Below are positions 13,159 through 24,834 of a stretch of DNA of 64,000 bases, in pieces. Under the pieces are notes generated by a model that ran no database searches, had not been told where the DNA came from, and was given only the letters and a program-made list of their open reading frames with translations. Origin of the DNA: Ophelia neglecta (taxonomy: Eukaryota); contig OZ260661.1 of assembly GCA_965285935.1 (NCBI GenBank), positions 66,154,001 through 66,218,000 of the forward strand. Direction: 5' to 3'. Within the stretch, counting starts at the first letter, position 1. The number at the start of each line of letters is the position of its first letter. A program made the translations under genes and the position numbers.

Positions 13159-16100
13159 ATGAGAATCAAAATGGATTTGGACTGGTGTTTATCTAGTATT
13201 GTGTTTGCCTGCCTTTTAAAATTATCTGTCCAGCAAAGTTGCCCACAGTCCTGTGTCTGTGCTAACAATGGATATACAACGATAACATGTACTTCTTTGG
13301 ACACAATTCCTCAAATTTTGAGTGAATATAAGGGCTTATTTCTTGATTTCGCAAATAGTGTTGACATTCCAAGTGGATCATTCAAGGATTTGACAGAGAT
13401 TCGCACAATACAGTTGACCGGAACTATCGGTAAAATCGCCAAGGGAGCATTTGACAATATCAGAGCAACCGGAAGTAGTGAACTTAGAATTGCGGCAACC
13501 GTAGATATAATAGAATCTGAGGCTTTCAAAGATATTACAGGATTTCAAGACTTAAGTTTTAATTACTGTCAAATAAAAACGGTCAACTCCTTTTCATTCA
13601 AAGATGTAGCCCTGTCCAACATCGATATGACAGGCGCGATAATCACGACTTTGAACTCGTTCGCATTTGACAATGTCGAGGTGACTGTCAAATTCGAGTC
13701 CAGTACAACCTCGTTTGGTACAATTATGCCATGCGCTTTTGGCGGAATAACTGGTCCAACTGAATTTAGAGTAAGATACTCTTCCATTAACGCAACAACA
13801 AATTATGCTTTTGGAGGCATGCAGCACATTGTTTTCTTCACCTTGGAAGGTGTCATCATCAACTACGCTACCGAAAACACCCTGAAAGGAATGTTTAACG
13901 TCCACATAGACCCAGACATCCAGAATAATGGAAACACCGTCCCTGGCGACTTCAATTACGACGGAACAACTACAGCTAATGTATTGTCGAATATTAGACA
14001 GATATGTCTGAATGGTGCCCCTTCGACCACATCGACAACCACAACTACCACAGCGAAGCCAGCCACAGTGAGTACCACGACCAGCCGAACAACAACATCA
14101 AGAGCTCCCAGTACACCATCAACCACCACCTCGTCCACTGCATCCCCCATCCCATCAATAGGTAAGACCACTGTTTTTATCTAAACACTTGATGATTACA
14201 CTTTCAAAGTACCTAACATACTCAGTGTATGTGGCAGCGGTGTACAAATGCTTTTCTCGATATAAAATTTAAGTTTCTTTTCATATACCTCTACAAGCTT
14301 TTTTTCCAGTTCCTACCGGAAGTACAATAAAAAATAGCATTGTTCCAAGCAGTCAAGTTGTTGTAAGTATCAATGGTTGGTATTTTAAATAATGTTACTT
14401 GTTAGATAATCAGTTGCTTGAAAAATGTATGTTTGGTTAGTATTTAAAATCAGGAATGGACGTTTATATATAAATATATTCTTCAGGTTACAACTACAAA
14501 AACAACCACTACTAAAATACCGACCAAACCGATAGGAACCGACCCCACCATTTCCGCCTCCAAGATAGCAAAGACTACTCCGGTGACAGCGTCTCAGTCG
14601 TCGACCACAGCCAGCACAACTACCGGAAACGGAACTACCACGACAGTCAGCGGAGCAACACCCAGCTCCGGGGCATCCCTCAATAGTGAAAACAATTACT
14701 CGGTTGGATTAGCTGAAATAAGTAAGGGAAGAATTTGAATGTTTGTCGTTCGGGTAAAATTGGACATGAAGTGTTACCCAATGGAAAACTGCGATTAAGA
14801 TTAGCTATATATTGTTTTAACTGCCCTTTTAAATGCCGATGATTTTTTTATCCAAAGCAGGCTTGATACTGAGTCACTTACAAAAGCCACATTGACCTAG
14901 TTTCTGGTCAAGTCGAATCCTTTATGGAATCATCGTTAATCACACCAATGTCGGTGTCACGAAAGGTGACGGAATTACTTTGAATCAATTCAGGGCATGT
15001 TGATGTCATGTTGGAGTCATAGTGACTCACAAATGAGAGTAACAATGGGTGTCACACTAGAGTAAAAATGACCCATTTAAGTCAAAATGGCGATGTGAAA
15101 CAGTCAAAACGGGTCAGTTGAACTAAGATTCATTGAACTCAATATAGATAGGCTTGTCCCTCAACCTAAAGTCGGTTTATGCTGCATGAGAGTCTTTGCT
15201 TAAAAGTACCTCATTTTGAGTCACTCTGCTCTGGAGTAAATCATTGCAGACATATCGGATTCTTTCTTTGGATCCTGGATTTCCGATATATGAGTGTTGA
15301 AATTGACCCAAACAGTTCAGATGGGTTGCTGGGCAGGGGCAGAAGCAGGAGGAAAGGGGGGGGGGTCTATGTGCAAAAAAATGGTTTAATTTTTTAAATG
15401 GTGCAGGGAGTGTTGAAACCGGAGGGGTCAGGGGTAAGAGAAAAAGGAGAGGGGGGGGGGGGAGGTCGGGGAGGGTCAGTATTATGGGCATGCAAATAAT
15501 TGTTTTAAACTATTTTCATTACCTTTGTTGACATATAAATTTGTTTTAGGGTGAGATAAGGATGGAGCGGCAGGAAGTCATATAATCATTTTCACATTTC
15601 TGATTTCAGTGTTGATCATCATCCTGATCGTTTTACTCATTATCATAATTTTGCTGGTAGTAGTTATCATCGCACAGAAAAAGAGAAAGAGGTAGGGGTT
15701 ATGCCACAGTTATAAGCCCTAGACAACTTACCAAACGTACTTATGTCTAAATCATTTAAGGCCTTAAATATTATCCATATATCATCATAATATATAATAT
15801 TCATATGAAGACATTTCCGTGTATTATACTCAAGTATATAGTTCTTTATTTCATTTTTGTGTTTCAATGAAAGGAATTACAGAGTTACACCTACACCTGA
15901 TGGAGAAGAACCAGACTATAGCACCGGATATGACGCACGCGGTAAAGCCACTAAGCCAATCCCCGAGTCCAATGACGGACAGGCTTACTATATCAGTAAT
16001 GCTAGGGGTAGTCAAGGTAACGGCGTATTGTTTAGTTGTCACTCATTCCTTTATAAAATTGTTTATAATTAAATACAGTTGCCATATTTCTAGTTACAAT

Positions 16101-16257
16101 TTTAAGCAAGATGAGTGATTTCGTTTACTTTATTTCAGAGCACCTAGTTTCGAATAAACCTAGAAGAAAGAAAACTCGGTCAAATACGCATAAGGAAGAA
16201 CTAAGCGAGAATGGGGAAATATGGTACACTGAAACAGCCATAAACGATGACAAGTAA
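13159..16257 (+). CDS. LRR-mucin type I membrane protein, paralog C (about 544 aa)
   Basis: Exons 13159-14161, 14310-14362, 14487-14721, 15610-15691, 15874-16016, 16139-16257 (all GT-AG, phases 1,0,1,2,1, continuous frame; alternative ATG at 13171). CPQSCVC..C cap, PCAFGG, NIRQIC, Thr-rich stalk, TM MLIIILIVLLIIIILLVVVIIA, tail QKKRKRNYRVTP..EEPDYSTGYD..QAYYISN..EIWYTETAINDDK*. Confidence 0.9.
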
Positions 16258-19215
16258 AATGGAAACCACTGTATGGTGTATACAAATTATATTTAGCATA
16301 TAATATTTCTGGCTTTGATCGATTTGAACCAAACCCACATAGCATATAGGGCATATTTAAATGTATAGTGTATAAGACATTGTACAGAGAACAAATCATA
16401 AATTATTAATGGTTATATTCTATTAAAATTTTGAATCAGAGGCGAGAAGACCAAGTTGGATGAGATTGACATTAATATCAGATCTAAAATTTAGTGAGAA
16501 ATTGTAAACGCACTTATTATTCTTGATCATATGGTCTTAGAATTCGATCAGGCTCTTTGCCATTCCGTGTAGACTGAAAATAGAAACCATCAGAGCATAC
16601 ACCTGAAGAGTGGTTAGAGCTGTCTAGATGGATTTTAATCAGAGTATAATTATTCTTACCTAACCTAACTGGTGGAACACTGTAGCAAACTAGTCATTAA
16701 AAATCGCCATTATAAAATTTGGCCAAAATATATAAATATAAATATCTTTACAGTAATTTACATTTTATTGAACAAATTTCGATTTAGTAGAGGAATACAC
16801 TTGTGTGAATGTTCGGTAAAATTAATAGTCATAATTGAAGGGGTTCAAGAGCACTGTGACACGGGGACCCTAATGAGCTGCTGCCCAAAACCATGCATAA
16901 AGATTACTCGATATTATTATGGCACATATATACTTATTTGACAATGATTTCAAAGCGAGACAGTAAGCACTTCAATGCGGTTAAGAAGTGTTTCCCAGTA
17001 CGACCATCTAAAAAAGTTGATTAGGGAAAATTGGGCTCGAGTATATGCCTTGGGCCTAAAAAAATATTTTGCAACAACAAAATAGAGTACACGTCTAGGT
17101 GATCTCTTCATCGTAGGTAATGGCTGACATGAAGAACACATCGGTTTATCCATTTACAGCCGCATCTCTCTAGATTTGAAAGCAACCAGCAGTTAAGGGA
17201 TGACACAGATATATAATTTAATTAGTAATAATTTAACAATCAATATTTTGGGGGCGAATATTAATATGACCTATAGTCCTATAGAGTAGGATTGAAATAA
17301 GAAATTCCGATTGGTACCGGTGGGTATGTTTATTATCAGACATAAGGTAGTATTCAATGTGCTTGGATATCAACCTGACTTATAAGTAGGCTCAGTGAAT
17401 AGAGTCAATGAATGATGCATTCAATGCCACATTCCAGCTTTTTACAAAATTATATTTACCAAATAGCCATTTTAACTCGTGCTTCTTTTTTAAACCAAGT
17501 GCGTATATATAATTATTTATGTAATTAAAAGCTTTCGAAAATACTGAGTTTGGTTTTCCTTTTGTATCATTTCCTGGGCAGAAACATAAACACTCTTTGT
17601 TTTAATATTTGTGAACACGTTCTAGGTACATTACAAGCCGTTTCAAAAATAAAGTATCTTAAGGCAGGAAATTGATAAAATTAATGCCTTTCACTTAGGT
17701 CTAGGCATCGTCGTTGTCGTGTCAGCACAACTTATTGGCAGACATTATTGGGCTTTTACAGAATTTAGAACAGTTTTTGAATAAAATGATTTCTTCTAAC
17801 CAGCCAATAAGTGAACGCTAGATTTTGCCAATTCAGTATTTGCAATATTAATTGCAGGACATCCCACATGTGTATCGTATTTGCATGTTTCAAAACATAT
17901 CTTACACGCCTCTTTTAAATGGTGCCCAGACTATTTCCTGGTGTGCACATGGGATATTTTTTGAACAGCAGAGCACGTTAGAATGTTATAATAAGCGCAA
18001 AAACGATTGCATTTTTTTTCATTTATATTGTAAATACTCTTGAGATCACGAAATATATGCTTCGGACTTTGTGCCTAAGATGCCATAAACTGCCAAACAA
18101 GGCAGAGATTTGTCCCAAAGACCTGCAGAAAACGATCTAACCTATATATCAATATTGTGTACTTTTCTGTTAGCCCAAAACCTCTATTACACATACTTCT
18201 GGCAGGTTACAACCCTCAGTGTGTGCTCAGAAATTATAAATTTTCTCTAATTCTGTTATTGTTTATAGGTTTTAGCCGACAGATTAATATTAAAAACAAT
18301 GTGTCAATCTTAGATGCATCACTATACAGTGAAAAGACCGCCTCTATATGTATATTCAGACCTCCTGTATATGCAAATCACTTATTAATATGGAGACCAT
18401 TCTATACATTATCAATAACAAATTACCTATAAACAACCACCTTTATAACCAGACCAGCTTTTTCCAATCCTTGGGTTGAGTGCTGAAATTTCTCTCAGAA
18501 TATTAAACATACACAAAGAAGATTTCGACATGGAAACGACGATAAAAACTAAAGCATTTTTAACCTATGAATAGACTAATTGGTTAAATGATCCCCCCAC
18601 CACCTCTATCCCCCATCGCACGATCAAACCAACCCCCACCCACCAACCCCTACCCAACCCCCACACCCACCGCGTCCACCGTGTTATGAATCGGGTATAG
18701 GTATAAAATAGGAAGATTGCATCGCAAATAAGTTGTCATGCGCGCTAAGCGGCTTGCCATGCACCAGTGCCTTGCTATCCCCTTGTAGGCCCTTCTAGTA
18801 CGCAGACGGCAAACGTTCAAATATTCAAATACTGTGTAGCAGAAAGGCAAACATATCGAACGGTACTGAAAATGTCCCAGAAGACAGGTCCCAACACGTC
18901 AAACCGAGGACACGCTGATTTATTGATCTCCAGCAGGTAACTCTGTGGCAAAACAACTGTCATACCAACCATGAATGTCAATGGTGATCGGTGATCCATC
19001 CATTGTAACGTTAAGATATGAATCTTGTGAAGACAGACTCCGATCAAATTTGACTACTATATGGAATCAGTTATAATCATATTCTGAATATCAATTCGTG
19101 ATTTCAAATAATAGAAAAGGCACCTCAGGAAAGATCGATATATTGCTTAACGGCAATGGAGGAGTGGCAGTCTGGTAAAACCCACACTTTAATAATCTAT
19201 AGCGGCTTACTTCGG

Positions 19216-19258
19216 TGACTCACCTGACGAGAATGCTCCCATTAGGATCATTTATATA
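19216..19258 (+). promoter_or_regulatory. Candidate promoter of paralog D (AP-1 TGACTCA overlapping E-box CACCTG + TATA-like)
   Basis: TGACTCA at 19216-19222, CACCTG at 19221-19226 and TTTATATA at 19251-19258, about 50 nt upstream of ATG 19307. Motif match only. Confidence 0.35.
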
Positions 19259-19306
19259 CCTCCTGTTACTCATTGGATATTAAAACTCGACGGTACCTGC
19301 CAAAAA

Positions 19307-22300
19307 ATGGCACCAAGTAACATCATCCGGAATTTAATGTTTTACTGTGTATTTTTTGCTGTGTTATTTGGCCGGACTTTCTCCCAGCAGGGTTGTCATT
19401 CCTCTTGTTCTTGTGAGTATGTTAATAACAATAGTATCATGTACGTGACTTGTACAGATGTGAGAACTTTCCCCAACACGTTTCCTAGCAATACTCAAGG
19501 AATCACCATCTCCTGCATAGAGAATCCCGGGATTCCTGCAGGAGCAATGAAAGGACTCCGTAACCTCATTATCGCTCACATATCTGGAGATATCGGCGAT
19601 ATTCATGAGGGAGCTTTTGAAGACCTGACTGGTGATTTGCAAAATAACAATGGAGAGTTGGTGATTTCGGGCAATATCAAAACAATTCGGAGAGGAGCTT
19701 TTTACAACCTTAGAGATTTCACATTGGTGTCCTTTTTGTATTCCACAGTAGAAGACATCGAGAAATATGCCTTTTCATATATTCATATTAGAAAATTTCA
19801 GTTCTATAGTTCTGTTGTGAAAAATATTGCCACTTACGCATTTGATAGGATAGAAAACTTGTCTTATTTTCATATTTGGACATCTACTGTTAATGTAGTT
19901 CACCCGTGTGCCTTTGGAGGAGTAAAAAACACCGATGAATTTCGAATGTATTACTCAACTATTGACGATGTGAAAAAATATGCACTTGGGGGCATGGAAA
20001 ACATAGACACCGTGAAGATCCACGGATGTTTTGTTAAGGAGTTCGATAAATATGGATTCGCAGGATCTCATTTTATTGGAGATTACGATACTCGTGAAAA
20101 CAACATGCCAACGGCTCCGAAATTTAATGACCCGGCCGTGAATGTAAATAACATTAGGGAGAACTGTCTGGCTCTCTTCAACGGGGTGACTGCTAGAACA
20201 TCCACGCTCAGAATAGGTTCCACCGTTAGAACCTCCACCTTCAGAGCACCCTCCACCACCACGACAAGTAAGTGTTACTTTGTTTCTATAGTAACGCAAT
20301 GAGTCTGACTCAAACCCTATTGTCGTCTATGAATTAATCATTATCTACAGGCCTGTTGACCTCACACTAGACGAATGCATGCATGAATGCGTTCATTGAT
20401 TTGTTCTAAACGTTTCCATGGTTCTGCATGTCAACAGGTCACACAACTGAAAAGAAAAGGGAAATAAATGGATGCATTAACATGCCATCGTGTAATTTAA
20501 CCACCTGTAGATTAAAAATAAATGTATCTCGTATGCCGAAATTTGATATTACTGATTTTAAATTCAATGGACACAGGTTATTTGAAATTTCCGAGACCTA
20601 ATTACTACGACCTATAATTTCTCAATTATAACCTGTATGCAATTTTATATAGCAACAGTAAGACCATCTACATTAAGAGTAACTACCCCAACCAACCCTG
20701 TGGTCATCAAAACAACTACTACAACTACTCGAACACCACCTACGACAACCACTACCTCTACAACGCCAAGAACCACAACCACAACAAGGTTGACACCTAC
20801 TACAACTAAGGTAAGGTCGACTAGTACCACAACCACCACCACTACTTCCACAACGACTACTACTCCCACGCCAAGGACAACCACCACCCGTAGACCTGCA
20901 TCTACTACTACTACAACTATTGCAAGGACCAATGTACATGCCGTTGCTTCTAGTACAACATCAAGCACTACTAAAAAGACCTCTACCACCTCACAGACTC
21001 ATCCTGCTTCTGGTGGTTGGCCGGTAGGTAGCGCTGTATTTATTGCTTGGCATTTAAGGTGGCCTCCTTGTTGTGAACCTAAACCTTTCAAAGTCATGTC
21101 GATATTCTGAAATACCACGAGATGGTTCCTTGTTACTTTCTAATTTGAGAAATAAAATAAAATTAGAAGGTCCCTCATTCCGTTTCGAATAATAAGGTAG
21201 GCAATGGCAACAATAAAAGTTATATTACCAAGTCATACTAAAGCATGGGATCACCTAAAAGTCCCTTGTGCATTTTTTGTCTCCCTTATTGCTTGGAATC
21301 ATTGGACAAACAAATCGACATGGCTTCATCCGTAACAAAGTGGCTACCTATTACAAGTCAGTCTTTGCTTTGCTTTACATATATAGGCAACTCTTTCTAG
21401 AGCACATTTACTTTCAACAGTAGGGTGTCTACTTTGATACATTGCCACGCCTGCTTTTAGTTCGTCTTTTCGCAAACCTTCCGATCCAAAAGCCAGCAGA
21501 GGGCAGTTTCATCAGTGCTGGCCGGCTGTGACGCAAGCCATTTTCAATAATTGCTGCTAGACCTAGGTTTCCAAGACAGCGTCATGATGCTTGGTAGGAA
21601 GTACATGTTGGTAAAGTACATTCTGCCGAAACTAAATAGCTATAGTTATTTTCATTATTAATACCAAGAAACGCATTTTCATTACATGTAAAAGGGCCCA
21701 GGCATCGGTCATCCAGAAATAGAAGATGGAATTTGGAACGGGAATGACCCACCAACCCAAGTTACTCTCACCACCACCTCCTCTAGCAGCCAGGAAGAGC
21801 CCAACGTGGGGGCAGCGTCAGATTCCGGGGAGGACACATACACGATAGGATTCTTTGAAATAAGTAAGTCCCCTAAGCAACACTACCCTGAATAGCAGCT
21901 CTAGATTGTCCCTACACTAGCAAAATCCAATGTAAGAAAGGGAAAGCAATAGCGTGCCTATTCAGGTTAATGCAAAACTCATTGTTTACTTGAATGAAAA
22001 CTATGCATGAATAAAATGCATTTATTATGTATAGTAGAGTTGGTATGGCCGTCACATTTAAACATTAATTCATAGATCCAGTTAAGCACTAGACTTTTGA
22101 TCACATTATTTTCACTTAATTTGTAATGTGAATTAAGCAAAAGCTTACCAAAGCTTGTATGACGTGCAAGTTATCAATATTTGTCTTTATTTTTTCGATT
22201 ACTTAAACATGATAAATATTTGGCTAGAAAATAATATTCATGTTTTCGAATGCCAATACTAATGTATATTGATTCTACGGTATTTTTCAGTATTATTCGT

Positions 22301-23124
22301 CGTCATTGCCGTTATGTTCCTCATTATAATCAGCCTGATAGTGGCTGTCTTTCTGTGTCGACGGAAAAAATCAGAGTAGGTCAAAGTCACTACATTACTT
22401 TTAGTAAAATAAACCTGAAATGTGTTTACAATTGATTACATCGGGCTTAGAATGTGTTGGACTACGTAGACTTGAGTTTATAAGATATACATTAATGCTG
22501 TTAAAGAGAGAACAAGATTGATCCTGAGGTGAATGGCTTGTCCTACCACCGTCCCGTGTCCGCCATTCACGTACAGCCAGTCCAGCCCGTCTCCAGACCA
22601 AGGACGGTGAATAACTCCTACGACTATTACGGGAATACCAGTGAAGGTGAGCACTCTTACTGACCTTGTTTCGGGGGGACCTTTCTTTGGTGGTTTGGGG
22701 TTGTAAACCAGGTCAAAGTAGTATAAAAACTTACCCCAATGACCACTTACCTTAAATCTAAGCCTATAACCCATTGACTAATATTCAACTCAACCTAAAC
22801 CATCAATTAAGCCCTACCCAAACAAAATTTAAGCGTCATACTAGCGCTAAGGGGGAAAAACCATACAAATGGAGCGCCAACGGCATATTCATGTTAATAA
22901 CCGCCCCCCCCCCCCCCCCCCCAAGGCTATTGTAAGCTAAGTTAGCTTCCAATATAATGGCGAAGTGAAAAGCGGATAAGCAATATATTTCACCGAACTT
23001 ATGTTAAGTTCGTATATTTTCAATTGTAGAAGAAATAATGGATCGAAAAGCCAAGATACATCGGCAGAAAATGATCAACCTCGGGAAACCGCCCAGTGGA
23101 AAAAGAGGGGCTTCAAACTGCTGA
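19307..23124 (+). CDS. LRR-mucin type I membrane protein, paralog D (about 606 aa)
   Basis: Exons 19307-20267, 20653-21023, 21695-21863, 22291-22375, 22507-22646, 23030-23124 (phases 1,0,1,2,1, continuous frame). CHSSCSC..C cap, PCAFGG, NIRENC, very Thr-rich exon 2, TM IILFVVIAVMFLIIISLIVAVFLC, tail RRKKSEENKIDPE..SYH..NSYDYYGN..KRGASNC*. Confidence 0.9.
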
Positions 23125-24834
23125 GTCGACTTAATAGTTCAACCCATAAATTGTTTTATGTACAGCCTGTTTTCAAACAAATTGTGCACGAATTCTTAAA
23201 GAAATATAGCGGTTAGAACTGCGGTTGCACACTATTGTCATTAAAAAATATGGTAGGCTATTGTGTGACTATAAAATATTGAGTGTTGACCAATATCTAG
23301 GCCTATGGTTACATGCCTATGAGCTTGTAAGCCCTGGGTCATGATAGGTAAATATTCACTACTAATAATGTCACGTGCAGGCTGAAGAAAAGTTTTAATT
23401 TAATTCAAAACGATTAGATTTGAGTTGTAGGTACAATGTGTGCGCACTCTTTCTTGGAGACGTCACAACTCCAGGATAACTTTAGATACTTGTTTGTTCC
23501 ATTGATAAACCATTTTATTGTTAGTTTGTTGTTTTGTAAGAGGTATTTATTTCGTCGTTTTCTTAAATAGGTGCTATTAGAAACTTGCCGGGAAATGAAT
23601 TTGGTCATGTATTTGTATACTGTGTATATTAATTGTAAAAAGTCTATAGTATATCTGCGTCTTGTCTTAAATCAATATATTCCTATATATGTATATGTAT
23701 ATCAACATTGTGAATATTCAATAGAGGAGTGTGACCCTCTGTCGGTTTTTGTGGCATGAAGTTTCTTGAGTTTCGTTTGACCGGTTGTAAAACAACTGTC
23801 TATCGGAAATAATAGTGGCAAAATGCCCTTTTGTGTGTCATAACCCCACAACAGGTATAGAAGTATATTAACCCCTAATAAGGATGTCCACATATAGGCA
23901 TACCTTAGGGTAAAGGATTTACATACATGTATATATAAATATATTCAAATTAGAAGCTTTATATGTTGGGCTGAAATTAAAGTTCCATTACAGAAAGAAA
24001 ATATACAAACCCTTTTAGCCTTACCCAATATTAAATAGGGTTTCAGTAACTGTTATGACATTTTATTAAAGAAAGAGATGCTGAGTACATAACATTATGA
24101 TCGTAGTCACTAGCACGTCTGATTTAATAGTAATAGAATGACAGAACAAGAGGTAAACTAAAGAAAATTGCAGGTATATTTTATTGCTACTTTTAAACCA
24201 ATTTAATTACAACACTGTAAGTAGTCATTTTGTAAATTACACGGATACAGAAGTTGGAGTGAAATATATTGCACATTGCTCTCTCAGAAAGCTCGCTACT
24301 CCCATACAAATATTAGCCATATAATGTAGTTTTGACAGGATTTATGTATAAAGACATACTCTAAACAAAGAGTAAAGACCATTTCGTGTAATAAAGACAA
24401 TAGTAAAAAATATACGATTATTATAATCGAATATCACGAGGTACGTTTGCCAAGACTAAGATTACAGATACGAGACCAATCCCCGTGATCATATACAAAG
24501 TATAGAGAAATTAATAAACACTTAAACTATAATAACAGTATTTTTTATTTCCATAAGCCTGAAAGCTCCTCATGTAAATCTAGTTCCTTAAGCAAGAACA
24601 CCTTGCTTTACATTTTTCTTGATATATTGCTGTCTAAAATACATTGAGTACAATAGCAGCAATATTCAACTACACTTCAACTGTTGTTTTTGCAATTAGT
24701 CAGCTGTCAAGAATAAGAAGGAGCCTTACATTTTCGTTGAACACCCTTTCCATTGCATATATAAATAGTAACTCGAACAGAACAGTCTTACTGCGAAAAT
24801 TTAGGCTTCTTAAACTATAACACGTTGGTTCTAG

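Noticed and set aside
13956-20989. Val-rich or Cys/Ser-rich minus-strand ORFs (13956..14171, 20645..20989, 20673..20939) and other antisense ORFs over the LRR exons
   Set aside because: They are antisense shadows of Thr-codon runs and real exons.
22730-22830. Telomere-like (AACCCT-type) degenerate repeats in the last intron of paralog D
   Set aside because: They are too degenerate and short; likely a repeat relic.
6174-23124. VLR-like somatic assembly from LRR donor cassettes, or Toll-like receptors
   Set aside because: All four genes have complete single-exon LRR heads. I saw no isolated LRR cassettes or incomplete germline gene in the window, and no TIR domain.
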